Origin: an uncultured Chloroflexia bacterium
Lineage (GTDB): Bacteria > Chloroflexota > Limnocylindria > Limnocylindrales > CSP1-4
Assembly (NCBI GenBank): GCA_963833225.1
Contig: CAWHXD010000008.1
Span: 320,001 to 384,000, forward strand
Length of the DNA stretch: 64,000 nucleotides
Direction: 5' to 3'
Position numbers and translations under genes: made by a program. How positions within the stretch are numbered: the first letter of the stretch is position 1; every line of letters begins with the position of its first letter. The notes beneath the pieces were generated by a model. That model searched no databases. It had not been told where the DNA came from and saw only the letters and a list, made by a program, of their open reading frames with translations. Shown piece by piece: positions 1 to 11,478 of this stretch.

Positions 1-69
1 CCGGCCGTCCCGGAGCTGGTGCTCACGGTGCGCGGGACCGGGTACAAGACCGCCCGGCCGGGAACATAG
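1..69 (+). CDS. C-terminal fragment of OmpR/PhoB-family response regulator (MtrA-like), truncated by window edge
   Basis: Frame 1 reads PAVPELVLTVRGTGYKTARPGT*, the typical winged-helix C-terminal 'TVRGxGYK' motif; lies directly upstream of a histidine kinase. Confidence 0.85.
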   Translation, partial: PAVPELVLTVRGTGYKTARPGT

Positions 70-75
70 GCGCCG

Positions 76-1563
76 GTGGGCATGGGCATCCGCGGCCGAC
101 TCGCGCTGACGGTCGTCGGGCTGGTCGCGATCACCGTGGCCTCCATCGGCGTTGGCGTCTACGCGTTCGTCGATCTCTCGTTGCGGACACGGGCCGTCGC
201 CGACGCCCGCCAGCAGGTCGACTACGACCTGTCCGTCCTGCTTCCCGGAGCGGATCCAGCGCCGGTCGACGTCGCCACGTTCCGGGCCAGCGGGCTGCCC
301 ACGGCGTTCGCGCTCAATGGCACCGAGCGGTTCCTGGTGGACTTCGGCGACGGCACGTTGCTCGCCTGGCCGGACGCGGACCGGAATCCCGCCAGCTCGG
401 CGCCGACGGCGGCGTCGATCGCCCCCGAGCTGCGGGCAATCGTGGCCCGGGGCGAGATCGGGTACGCGTGGCAGGATGTCGCCGGGGATCCGTCGCTGGT
501 GATCGGCGGCCGCCAGGGCGGCGACCCGGAGCTCTACTTCGTGTTCCCGGCACAACCCCTCGAAACGGTCCTCGCGCAGCTTCGCCTGGGCCTGCTCGCC
601 GCCGCGGCGGCAGCGATCGGCGTCGCGCTGATCGTGGCCGGCCTCATCTCGCGCTGGCTGCTGCGTCCGCTGGCGGACGCGAGCCGCGCCGCGCGGACGA
701 TCGCCGGTGGCGACCTGTCGGCACGGGTCCCTGAGCGAGGGCGCGACGAGGTCGGGCGGTGGGCGGTCGACTTCAACCGGATGGCCGACGGGCTGGACCG
801 GACGATCGCGCGCCTGGAGGCCTCCCAGCAGCAGAACCGGCTGTTCGTGGCTGACGTGGCGCACGAGCTGCGCACGCCGGTTACGGCCCTCGTCGCGGAG
901 GCGTCGCTGCTCGAGGGCCAGCTGCCGACCATCCCTGCGGAGTCCCGGCGCGCCGCGGAGCTCATGGTCACCGACATCCGGCGGCTGCGGATCCTGGTGG
1001 ACGACCTGATGGAGATCTCGCGCTTTGACGCGGGTGCCGAGCGCCTCGCCTCGGAGCCGGTGGACCTGGGGCGCATCGTCACGGGCGCGGTCGCCGCACG
1101 GCTGCCCGACGCCGCCGTGGCGTTGCCGGCTCGGCCGTTGATCGTCGACTCCGACCCGCGCCGGCTTGACCGCATCCTGGGCAACCTGCTCGACAACGCC
1201 CGCGAGCATGCGCCCGGATCCCCGGTGGAGGTCGCGCTCCAGGCGACCCGTGACGGGCCGGTGATCGTCGTCGCCGACCGTGGGCCGGGTGTGCCCCGCG
1301 ACGCGGTCGCTCACCTGTTCGAACGGTTCTACAAGGCCGATCCTTCGCGGGCGGGTGGCAGCTCGGGCCTCGGTCTCGCCATCGCGGCGGAGCATGCGAC
1401 GCTGCTGGGCGGGTCCCTCCGTGCCCGGGCGCGGCCCGGAGGGGGCATGGTGTTCGCCCTCTCGCTGCCGGTGACGGGACTGTTACCCCCGGGCGAGCCT
1501 TCCGATACCGAGACGGACCAGGATGGTGTGGCCCTCGAGACCACACTTGGGACCCAGCCATGA
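76..1563 (+). CDS. Sensor histidine kinase (2 TM, HAMP, HisKA, HATPase_c), MtrB-like
   Basis: H-box DVAHELRTP, N-box NLLDNA, G1 DRGPG, F-box FERFYK, G2 GSSGLGLAI; HAMP segment RDEVGRWAVDFNRMA; start may be ATG at 82. Confidence 0.93.
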   Translation: MGMGIRGRLALTVVGLVAITVASIGVGVYAFVDLSLRTRAVADARQQVDYDLSVLLPGADPAPVDVATFRASGLPTAFALNGTERFLVDFGDGTLLAWPDADRNPASSAPTAASIAPELRAIVARGEIGYAWQDVAGDPSLVIGGRQGGDPELYFVFPAQPLETVLAQLRLGLLAAAAAAIGVALIVAGLISRWLLRPLADASRAARTIAGGDLSARVPERGRDEVGRWAVDFNRMADGLDRTIARLEASQQQNRLFVADVAHELRTPVTALVAEASLLEGQLPTIPAESRRAAELMVTDIRRLRILVDDLMEISRFDAGAERLASEPVDLGRIVTGAVAARLPDAAVALPARPLIVDSDPRRLDRILGNLLDNAREHAPGSPVEVALQATRDGPVIVVADRGPGVPRDAVAHLFERFYKADPSRAGGSSGLGLAIAAEHATLLGGSLRARARPGGGMVFALSLPVTGLLPPGEPSDTETDQDGVALETTLGTQP

Positions 1564-2546
1564 AGCCTTCCGTGCGTTCTGTCAGGGCCGCTGCCCTCGT
1601 GGCAACGATCGCCATGCTCGCGGCCGCGTGCGCGCCGGCAGCCGGGCCGCTTGGCACTCCGGCCAGCCCCGCAGCCGTGGCCGACAGCCCGGGCGCCCCT
1701 GCTCCTTCGGACGCTGCGCCCGAGTCCCCGTCTGCTGCCGCGACCTCGGTGCCCGAGCCGTCGTCGTCCGCGATCCCGGGCGGCGCCAGCCCGTCGGCGG
1801 CGGCAACCCCCGAGCCGACCGCCTCGCCGACCGCCACCACGCTCGTCCGCGCCTATTTCATGCTCGGGTCATCCACCGACAACGCCGGGCTGGTCCCGGT
1901 CCTGCGCCGGGTCCCGGAGACCAAGGCGCTCGCGCGTGCCGCGCTGACCGCGCTGCTCGAGGGCCCGAAGGGGGCCGAGCTCGAAGCGTCGCCCGCGATG
2001 TCCACGAGCATCCCCGGGGGGGTGAAGATCCTCGACCTTGCCATCAGCAGCGGCGTCGCCAAGGTCGTCCTGTCGAGCGGGTGGAGCGGCGCAGCGGCAT
2101 CCTTCACCGAGGGCACCGCAACCGCCCAGGTCGTCTACACCCTCACCCAGTTCTCCACCGTCAACAAGGTGCGGCTCCAGATCGAGGGCGCAGAACCGGG
2201 GGCAACGGTCGGGCGCTCCGACTTCCAGCTGCCTGGGCTGCTGCCGGCGATCTTCGTGGACCGCCCGGCCTGGGGTGCCGCGGCCGGCAACCCGATGCGC
2301 CTCACCGGGATCGCCAACGTGTTCGAGGCCCAGTTCATGGTCCAGCTGCTGGACGGCAAGGGCCACGTCCTCGTCGAGCAGCCGGTCAAGGCAAGCTGCG
2401 GGACCGGCTGCTGGGGGACGTTCAAGACCGACGTCGCCTACGAGATCGGAAAGGCCCAGTACGGCACGCTCCGGGTCTTCGAGCCCTCGGCCAAGGACGG
2501 GTCGCCGGTCAACGTGACCGAGTACCGGGTCTGGCTCGCCCCCTGA
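1560..2546 (+). CDS. Lipoprotein with Pro/Ser/Ala linker, GerMN domain and C-terminal Gmad2 Ig-like domain
   Basis: Lipobox LAAAC; GerMN motifs ALTALLEGP and AQVVYTLTQFSTVNKV; Gmad2-like GIANVFEA...VFEPSAKDGS; ATGA overlap with kinase. Confidence 0.8.
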   Translation: MKPSVRSVRAAALVATIAMLAAACAPAAGPLGTPASPAAVADSPGAPAPSDAAPESPSAAATSVPEPSSSAIPGGASPSAAATPEPTASPTATTLVRAYFMLGSSTDNAGLVPVLRRVPETKALARAALTALLEGPKGAELEASPAMSTSIPGGVKILDLAISSGVAKVVLSSGWSGAAASFTEGTATAQVVYTLTQFSTVNKVRLQIEGAEPGATVGRSDFQLPGLLPAIFVDRPAWGAAAGNPMRLTGIANVFEAQFMVQLLDGKGHVLVEQPVKASCGTGCWGTFKTDVAYEIGKAQYGTLRVFEPSAKDGSPVNVTEYRVWLAP

Positions 2547-2588
2547 CGGCGAACGCGACCGTTGCCCGAAGCCCGGGCCCCCGACCGG

Positions 2589-3545
2589 TCAGCCGAAGCT
2601 GGCGACCGCCTCGATCAGCAGGTCGCCGAACGCACCCCGGTCGATGTCGAGCGCGACGTCCACGTTCGGGACCTGGCCGGGTTGCCCCCGGTCGTCCACG
2701 ACGGTCCGGCCCCTCGTGATGTCGGAGTCGACCGCGACGTCCACGTGGTAGCGGTGCGTGGTCACGAGCTCCGGCAGCGCGACCGCCGCGACGGCGACGG
2801 CGTCGTGGATCGGCGTGTCGGCGGTCCCGTAGCGCTCGAGGTGGAACCGCGTGAAGAACAGCAGCAGGTCCGCGAAGACCCCCGCGGCACGCGTGCCAAG
2901 CGCCCGCATCCGGTCGATCTCCGCCAACCCGAACAGCGCCTTGTGGGTCACGTCGAGGCCGCACATCGTGATCGGCAGGCCGCTGCGGAAGACGATCCGT
3001 GCCGCCTCGGGGTCCACCCAGATGTTGAACTCGGCGGCGGGTGTCCAATTGCCGGCGCGCATCGCGCCGCCCATCAGCGAGATGTGCGTGATCCGGTCCG
3101 CGAGATGCGGATAGGTCCGGAGCAGGAGCGCGATGTTGGTCAACGGCCCGGTGGGGATCAGCGTCACGGGCGCCGCGGCCTCGGCGAGGGTGGCCCGCAG
3201 GAACTCGAGGGCGCCCTCCGGGCGCGGGGCGGAGACCGGCTCCGGGAGGTCGGCGCCATCGAGGCCGCTCGTCCCGTGGACCTCGGGGGCGGTCTCAAGC
3301 GTACGGACGAGCGGCTGTGCGGCGCCCGCCGCGACCGGCACGTCCGGGCGACCCAGGAGCGCGAGCACGCGGAGGGCATTGAGCGTCGTCGCGGCCAGGG
3401 GCGCATTGCCACCGACGGTCGTGATGCCCAGCACCTTGAGCTCCGGGCGCGAGAGGGCGAGCGTGATCGCGAGGGCGTCATCGTGCCCCGGGTCGCAGTC
3501 GAGGATGACCGGGATAGGCGTCCTGGACGCCGCGGAACCGGTCAC
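2589..3545 (-). CDS. Inosine/uridine-preferring nucleoside hydrolase (RihA/RihC-like)
   Basis: DCDPGHDD Ca-binding motif, GPLTN, AEFNIWVDPEAA, PIHD. Confidence 0.93.
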   Translation of the reverse strand: MTGSAASRTPIPVILDCDPGHDDALAITLALSRPELKVLGITTVGGNAPLAATTLNALRVLALLGRPDVPVAAGAAQPLVRTLETAPEVHGTSGLDGADLPEPVSAPRPEGALEFLRATLAEAAAPVTLIPTGPLTNIALLLRTYPHLADRITHISLMGGAMRAGNWTPAAEFNIWVDPEAARIVFRSGLPITMCGLDVTHKALFGLAEIDRMRALGTRAAGVFADLLLFFTRFHLERYGTADTPIHDAVAVAAVALPELVTTHRYHVDVAVDSDITRGRTVVDDRGQPGQVPNVDVALDIDRGAFGDLLIEAVASFG

Positions 3546-4591
3546 GGGAGCCTCGCGAAGGCGTCCACGAGCAGGCGGGTGAAGCGTTCGCGATCGATCA
3601 CGATGCCCACGTCGGCATTCGGGCTGCGTCCGTCGCGTCGCAGGCGGTATGGGAGTCCATCGCAGACCGTTCGGCCGCGGGCCGGTCCGCCCGTGGTGTC
3701 CACGGCAACGTGGTAGCGCGCGACCGCGACCAGGTCCGGCACCAGCAGGTGGGCGATCGCGACCGCGTCATGGATCGCGGTGGTGGCGGCCCCGGACCAT
3801 TCGAGGTTCCGGTCGAGCGCGTAGTCCGTGAGGTCCGCCGCGACACGCCCCGAGGCGGTCCCGAGCCCACGGAGCTCGCGGGCGGCAGTGCGATCCAGCA
3901 GCGCCTGGTGGGTGACGTCGAGACCGATCATCGTGATCGGGATCCCGGACCGGAAGACGACATCCGCGGCCTCTGGGTCGGCCACGATGTTGAACTCCGC
4001 GGAGGCGGTCGTGTTGCCCTCACCGATCGAGCCCCCCATCAGGCACAGGTGGGCGATCCGGGATGCCAGGTGCGGGTGGAGACGCAGCAGCAGGGCGATG
4101 TTCGTGAGCGGGCCAATCGGCGCGATCACGACCGGCTCCGGACTCTCGGCGATGAGCCGGGCCATCAATGCCACGGCTCCCTCGGGGAGCGGGGCGTTGA
4201 CCGCGGGCGGGAGCTGGATCGTGCCGATGCCACTCTCCCCATGGACCTCGGTGGCCCGCACGACCGAGCCCAGGAGCGCCCCGGCGGCACCCTCGGCGAC
4301 CGGCACGTCGTCGCGCCCGTAGACATGGAGGAGCCCGAGCGCGTTCTCCGTGCAGCGGGTCACATCCGCGTTGCCACCCACCGTGGTCACCGCGAGCAGG
4401 CGCAGCGCCGGGCTGGCCGCGGCGAGGCCGATCGCGAGCGCGTCGTCCAGGCCAGGGTCGCTGTCGATGATCAGCGGCAGCGGCCGATCGGGTGTCCCGA
4501 ACGGGGCCGAGCGCTCACCCGCGGCGGCCTTGTGGTAGGTGGGGATCGCGTGGACCTCTCCCCACTCATTGACGTTGTAGCCGGCGCTCAC
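3542..4591 (-). CDS. Second IU-family nucleoside hydrolase
   Basis: DSDPGLDD, GPLTN, AEFNIVADPEAA, AIHD; start uncertain. Confidence 0.92.
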   Translation of the reverse strand: MSAGYNVNEWGEVHAIPTYHKAAAGERSAPFGTPDRPLPLIIDSDPGLDDALAIGLAAASPALRLLAVTTVGGNADVTRCTENALGLLHVYGRDDVPVAEGAAGALLGSVVRATEVHGESGIGTIQLPPAVNAPLPEGAVALMARLIAESPEPVVIAPIGPLTNIALLLRLHPHLASRIAHLCLMGGSIGEGNTTASAEFNIVADPEAADVVFRSGIPITMIGLDVTHQALLDRTAARELRGLGTASGRVAADLTDYALDRNLEWSGAATTAIHDAVAIAHLLVPDLVAVARYHVAVDTTGGPARGRTVCDGLPYRLRRDGRSPNADVGIVIDRERFTRLLVDAFARLP

Positions 4592-4654
4592 CGGGACATC
4601 AGCCCGGCCCGAAGGCGCGGCCTGCGTCGAACGAGTCGCGCCATCGAATGCCCG

Positions 4655-5956
4655 TCAACCCTGCTCGTACGGCTGGCCCGCGGACGCGGGACCGCGGACC
4701 CGTCCGACGACGCCGGCGACCACGATGATCGTGACCACGTACGGGACGCTGTTGAGCAACTGTGGCGGCACGTTGACACCGAGGATCGCCAGCAGCGTCT
4801 GGGTGGTTCCGGCGAAGCCGAACACGAGCGCCGCCCCAAGGGCACCGACCGGATGCCACGCGCCAAAGATCATCGCCGCGAGCGCGATGAAGCCCTTGCC
4901 GGCAACCATCTCCATCCCGAAGTTGCCGGCGATGGAGAGCGACAGGTAGGACCCGGCGAGACCGGAGATCATCCCCGCGAGCAGCAGCGCCCGATACCGG
5001 ATGGCGATCACGTCGATCCCGACCGTCCCGGCCGCGGCGGGCTTCTCGCCGGAGGCACGCAGGCGGAGCCCCCAGCGGGTCCGGAACAGCATGTAGGTGA
5101 GGACCGCGACCATCACGTACATCAAGTAGACGTACGGCTTGGCGGAGAACAGGATCGGACCAAGAACCGGGATGTCGGCCAGGACCGGCACCCGCCAGGG
5201 CTCGATGGTCGGCGGCCTGTTGAACTGCGTGTTCCGACTCAGGACCCGCAGGAACAGGAAGTTCGTGATCCCGACCGCGCCGATGTTGATCACGGTGCCC
5301 GCGATGATCTGGTCCATCTTGTGGCGGATGCCCATCCAGGCGAGCAGCACGCCGACCGCTCCCGAAGCGAGCATGGCGGCCGCCACGCCGATCACCGTCG
5401 CCACGAACGGCTCGCCGGTGACCAGCAGGGCGATGCTCGCGGCGACCGAGGCGACGCACGCCCCAATGAGCATCTTGCCCTCGAGCGCGATGTTCAGCAT
5501 CCCGCTCCGCTCGGACAGGATGCCGGCGAGGGCGCCCATCGTGATCGGCACGGCGAGCTCGAGGCTTCCGGCGATCATGCCCGTGAGGTTCGCGGGCTTG
5601 CCGTCAAGAACGCTCGCGAGGACGGCCACCACCCACGGCCAGACGAGGACGAGGAGCCATGGTCGCCATCGGAACCCCGCGCCTCGCACAAGTTGGAGCG
5701 CGCCGATCACCACGGATGCGAGACCGGCAACGATCCACAGGATGCCGGCCGAGGTCTCCAGCACCGCGCTGTCACCGCCCTGGGCATCGATCCAGAACGA
5801 GAACGTCGTGGACGTCTCCAGGCTCTGGCTCGCGAAGTAGAAGGCCACCAGGCCGATGGCGGCGAACGCGATGCCTCGGATCCGCGCGTCCCGCGCCGCG
5901 CGCCGGGCGGCGACCCCACCCCCACTGACCTCCGCCGCGTGCGTCACGGCGGTCAC
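4655..5956 (-). CDS. Nucleoside ABC transporter permease (BPD_transp_2 family)
   Basis: SERSGMLNIALEG, GLRLRASGE, GKGFIALAAMIFG motifs; GTG start at 5956 overlaps the upstream stop. Confidence 0.9.
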   Translation of the reverse strand: MTAVTHAAEVSGGGVAARRAARDARIRGIAFAAIGLVAFYFASQSLETSTTFSFWIDAQGGDSAVLETSAGILWIVAGLASVVIGALQLVRGAGFRWRPWLLVLVWPWVVAVLASVLDGKPANLTGMIAGSLELAVPITMGALAGILSERSGMLNIALEGKMLIGACVASVAASIALLVTGEPFVATVIGVAAAMLASGAVGVLLAWMGIRHKMDQIIAGTVINIGAVGITNFLFLRVLSRNTQFNRPPTIEPWRVPVLADIPVLGPILFSAKPYVYLMYVMVAVLTYMLFRTRWGLRLRASGEKPAAAGTVGIDVIAIRYRALLLAGMISGLAGSYLSLSIAGNFGMEMVAGKGFIALAAMIFGAWHPVGALGAALVFGFAGTTQTLLAILGVNVPPQLLNSVPYVVTIIVVAGVVGRVRGPASAGQPYEQG

Positions 5957-7160
5957 AGCGGCGCCTGCGGCTGAGCCGGGATCGCGAGGTCGGGCTCCGG
6001 CTCGTCGCGCTTGATCCGCCACATGGACCGGATGAGGCCAGGGGCCGCGACGAACATGATGACCAGCGCCATGATGAACACCAGCAGGTCAAACGGGATC
6101 CCGGACTGGATCCCCATCAGCTTGCCGCCAGAGGTCAGCGCCCCGAACAGGAGCGCCGCGAGCACCACGCCAATCGGCCGGAGCCCGGCCAGGAGGGCGA
6201 GGGCGATGGCGGTGAAGCCGATCCCGCCGGAAAGGTCAAGGGAAAGCTGGCCGACGGTGCCGATCACCATGAACGAGCCGGCCAGACCGGCCAGTGCCCC
6301 GGACAGGGCCATGGCGAGCATGATCGAACCACCGGCACTCATCCCCGCGTAGCGTGCCGCCGTCAGGCTGAACCCAGCGGCCCGCAGCTCGTAGCCCTTG
6401 GTCGTGCGGAACAGGAGGAAGGACACGGCCGCGGCCATCAGGAGCGCAACCACGAACCCATAGTCGAGGCGGATCGCGGGCAGATCGAGAATGAGCGGAA
6501 TGTCGACGAATGTCGACATCGGTTTCGAGATGGGGGCCGTGCTGCCGGGGGCTCGCAATGTCGGCGACCGCAAGGCGAAGAAGACGACCTGCGCGGCGAC
6601 ATAGTTGAGCATGATGGTGGTGATGACCTCGTGGGCCCCGGTGCGCGCCTTGAGGAACCCCGGGATGAACCCCCAGAAGGCGCCCGTGACAACCCCGACC
6701 GCGATCGACGCCAGCAGGATCACGAAGGCGGGCACCTGGCCCTGGAGCACGAACGCCGTGATCGTGGCCCCAAGGGCGCCGATCATCAGCTGGCCGTCCA
6801 CGCCGATGTTGAACATGCCGGCCCGGAACGAGATGGCCACGGCCAGCCCCGCCAGGATCAGCGGCGTCGAGGCCACCAGCGTCTCCGTCAACGGTCGGAT
6901 GGCGGTGGCGATGTCCGCGGCATCCCCGGTCTCGAGCGCGGTCAGGATCCGGACCGGATCGCCGAATGCGCCCGCGAGCATCGCCCCGTAGCCGTTGATC
7001 ACCCCGCCGATGGCGCCCCCGATGGCGCCCAGCGGATCCGTCCCGAGCTTGGCGAGGCTCGCGAAGTCGGTGAGGATGATGACGACGGCCCCGAACAGGA
7101 GGGCCGTGACCACGGCCAGCAGCGGGACGAGACCTTTCCGGATGAGTCTGCTCAAGGTCG

Positions 7161-7164
<4 letters not shown>
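5953..7164 (-). CDS. Nucleoside ABC transporter permease
   Basis: GMFNIGVDGQ, HEVITTIMLNY, GYELRAAG motifs; GTG at 7164 overlaps the corrected ATPase stop. Confidence 0.9.
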
Positions 7165-8692
<1,528 letters not shown>

Positions 8693-8713
8693 CGAGACCT
8701 CGATGTCAACGGA

Positions 8714-8746
8714 CCGCCCCCGGTCCGCGTGGCGGGCCGGGGGCGG
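8714..8746 (-). terminator. GC-rich stem-loop after the BMP lipoprotein gene (partial terminator or mRNA stabiliser)
   Basis: ccgcccccggtccgc / gcgggccgggggcgg inverted repeat; no long U tract. Confidence 0.5.
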
Positions 8747-8776
8747 CTGTGGTGGCTCTAGGATCTCACGCGACCG

Positions 8777-9934
8777 CTAGCAGCCGCGCCCGAGGAAGCT
8801 GCAGACCGTGACGCTGCCGTCGATGATCGACGCCTTCAGCGCATCGAGCTCGCTCTTCATCTCGGCCGAGATCTGGCTGTCGAACTCGTGGTACGGGGCC
8901 AGGAGCACGCCGTTGTTGGCGAGCGTGCCCGAGTAATCCTCGCCACCGCGGTTTCCGGCGGCGGTCTTCTGGATCACGTCGAGAACCGAGACGTCGATCG
9001 CCTTCTGAGCCGACGTGAGGATCGCGCCGGCGTACTCGGACAGGGTGATCGCCTGGTCGTTGTCGACGCCGATCGCCCACTTGCCGGCCGCGAGCATCGC
9101 CTTGATCGTCCCGTTGCCGGTCTCACCGGCCACCGGATGGACGATGTCCACACCCTGGTCGAGGAAGGTCTTGGCGAACTGCTCGCCCTTGGACGGATCG
9201 TTCCAGGTGTCGGTCCCACCGCTGCCACCGACGAAGGTGCCCGTGGTGGTCGGATCCGGGAGCGAGCCGTCCCAGCCGATGACCGCGACGCTGGTGCCCT
9301 TCTGCTGGTTGTAGTACTGGACGCCGGCGTAGAAGCCATCCATGAACCGGGTCACGCCCGGGAAGGCAAGGCCGCCGAAGGTCCCGACCTTGCCGGACTT
9401 GCTCCATCCCGCGGCCAGGTAGCCGGCGAGCATGGAGGCCTGGTCGACCTGATAGTCGAGCCCGGTGAAGTTCGCGGGAACGCCGGGAGGCGGATCGTCC
9501 GCGGTGCCGGGAGTGAAGTCGTCACCAGCTGAGTTCCAGGTGGCGTCGACCTGCCCGAACGCGATATCCGGGTTTGCGAGCGTCGCCTTCGCCGTGGCCG
9601 AACCCTGCAGGAAGCCGACGGTGATGAGCGTCTGGCAGCCCTGGTCGATCAGCCGCTGGATGTTCGCCTCGTAGTCCGTGGCGCCCTGGGCTTCGGCCGA
9701 GGCGGTCTGGAACCCGAGAGCCGCGGCATCGTCGAGGCCCTTCTTGGCCAGGTCGTTGAAGCCCTTGTCACCAAGGCCGCCGGTGTCGAACGCGACACAC
9801 GCCTTGTAGTCGTTTGCCGGAGCCTTGGACTCCTGGGCCGTTGTCGGGGCCGGCGTGGCCGAGCCACCCGAGCACGCCGTGATGAGGATGGCTGACGCCG
9901 CGCCGAGCGCGACCAGCCTGCGAGAGATCTGCAA
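8777..9934 (-). CDS. BMP-family (PnrA/TmpC-like) nucleoside-binding lipoprotein
   Basis: Lipobox ITAC; DTGGLGDKGFN, AIGVDNDQ, ILTSAQKAID; TTG start with AGGAGGAG RBS. Confidence 0.9.
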   Translation of the reverse strand: MQISRRLVALGAASAILITACSGGSATPAPTTAQESKAPANDYKACVAFDTGGLGDKGFNDLAKKGLDDAAALGFQTASAEAQGATDYEANIQRLIDQGCQTLITVGFLQGSATAKATLANPDIAFGQVDATWNSAGDDFTPGTADDPPPGVPANFTGLDYQVDQASMLAGYLAAGWSKSGKVGTFGGLAFPGVTRFMDGFYAGVQYYNQQKGTSVAVIGWDGSLPDPTTTGTFVGGSGGTDTWNDPSKGEQFAKTFLDQGVDIVHPVAGETGNGTIKAMLAAGKWAIGVDNDQAITLSEYAGAILTSAQKAIDVSVLDVIQKTAAGNRGGEDYSGTLANNGVLLAPYHEFDSQISAEMKSELDALKASIIDGSVTVCSFLGRGC

Positions 9935-10073
9935 CGTGAACTCCTCCTGAGATCCCGGGCTCCCTCGACAGGACCGGGTCTGCCGTACTGTAGCGCGACA
10001 ATGCCATCCCCCGGGGGGCCGAATGGGCTGTCTTGCGGGTTCCGGCGAGTGTGCCCCACGGAGACCGAGCGCG

Positions 10074-10565
10074 GTGACCGCGAAATCAGAGCAGGACTGG
10101 CTGGCGACCCTGATCGCCGTGCAGGATGGGCGTCCTCCCGTCCCACTCCTCGACGACGCGGGGATCCGCGAGCTGCTCCGTTCGCGGCCGCGGATCGCCG
10201 TCATCGGTGCGTCCGCGAAACCCGGACGTCCCGTCCACGGCGTGATGCGGACGCTGCTCCGGGCGGGCTACGACGTGGTCCCGGTCAACCCGGCATTCGA
10301 GGAGGTCCTCGGGCTCCGCTGCTTCCCCACCCTGGCCGACGCGGTGCGTGAGACCGGACCGGTGGACCTCGTCGACGTGTTCCGGCGGCCCGATGCCTGC
10401 GTGCCCCACGCTCGCGAGGCGGTCGAGGTCGGCGCGCGGTGCCTGTGGCTGCAGCAGGGGATCGCAAACGCCGAGGCGGGGCGCATCGCCCACGAGGCCG
10501 GGCTGTCCGTGGTGATGGACCGCTGCACTGCCGTCGAGCATTGGCGGCTGGCGGCAAATCCCTGA
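10074..10565 (+). CDS. CoA-binding protein (YccU/CoA_binding_2 family)
   Basis: IAVIGAS, VVPVNP, VDLVDVFR, LWLQQG, VVMDRC motifs; start approximate. Confidence 0.88.
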   Translation: MTAKSEQDWLATLIAVQDGRPPVPLLDDAGIRELLRSRPRIAVIGASAKPGRPVHGVMRTLLRAGYDVVPVNPAFEEVLGLRCFPTLADAVRETGPVDLVDVFRRPDACVPHAREAVEVGARCLWLQQGIANAEAGRIAHEAGLSVVMDRCTAVEHWRLAANP

Positions 10566-10667
10566 GAATCGTGGTGTGCGACCGACGCCGGCCTCCCGCC
10601 GCTGGCCACATACTGGACCCGATCGCTCCCGCAACCCGCCTCGTCGGCGCCAGACCCGGAGGTCCCG

Positions 10668-11447
10668 ATGCCCCAGATCCACCTGCACGCCGAGCCCGGC
10701 GACTACGCGTCCGTCGTGCTGCTGCCCGGCGATCCCAATCGCGCCACCCGCATCGCCGCCCGCTTTGACGGTGGGCTGGAGGGCTCCCGGCTCGTCTCGG
10801 AGCATCGCGGGCTGCTGGGCTATACGGGAACGGTCGATGGCGTCCCCGTCTCGGTGCAGACGACCATGATGGGCGCGCCCACCACCTCGATCGTCATGGA
10901 AGAGCTGATCAACCTCGGCGTCACGACGTTCATCCGCGTCGGGACGACGGGAGGGTTTGGCAGCCTGGGTATCGGGGATGCCGTCGTGGCGCTGGCGGCC
11001 GTGGGGGCGGCGGGCATGAGCGGGATCCTCGGGGCGAACGAGCCGACCGCGCCGACGGCGGACTTCGACGTCGTCCAGGCGCTCGTGACCGCCTCGCTGG
11101 CCAACGGCCTGGTGACCCACACGGGCCCGATCGTGACCAGCGACGTGTTCTACGATCCCCACCCGGACGGCGTGGCCCGCTGGGGCCGCCGCGGCTACCT
11201 GTCCGTCGAGATGGAGTCCGCGGCGGTCTTCCTGCTGGCCATGCGTGAACGGGCCAAGGGCCGGCCGGTGCGGGCAGGGTCGATCCTCACGGTGAGTGAC
11301 ATCATTGCCGACCCGTCGCTCGATCAAGCCGTCCGACCAGGCGGCGACGAGACCTGGTTCCGGCCGCCCGAAGACGAGGTGACGCGCCGGGTTGACCTGA
11401 CCATCGGCGCGGCGATGGCCGCCGCGGCGGCGCTCGGCCGGGAGTAG
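10668..11447 (+). CDS. deoD: Purine nucleoside phosphorylase, DeoD type
   Basis: LLPGDPNRA, HRGLLGYTG, IRVGT, SDVFY, VEMESA. Confidence 0.8.
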   Translation: MPQIHLHAEPGDYASVVLLPGDPNRATRIAARFDGGLEGSRLVSEHRGLLGYTGTVDGVPVSVQTTMMGAPTTSIVMEELINLGVTTFIRVGTTGGFGSLGIGDAVVALAAVGAAGMSGILGANEPTAPTADFDVVQALVTASLANGLVTHTGPIVTSDVFYDPHPDGVARWGRRGYLSVEMESAAVFLLAMRERAKGRPVRAGSILTVSDIIADPSLDQAVRPGGDETWFRPPEDEVTRRVDLTIGAAMAAAAALGRE

Positions 11448-11478
11448 CGCCCGCCAGGGCGCGGCGAGGCCAGGCGGG

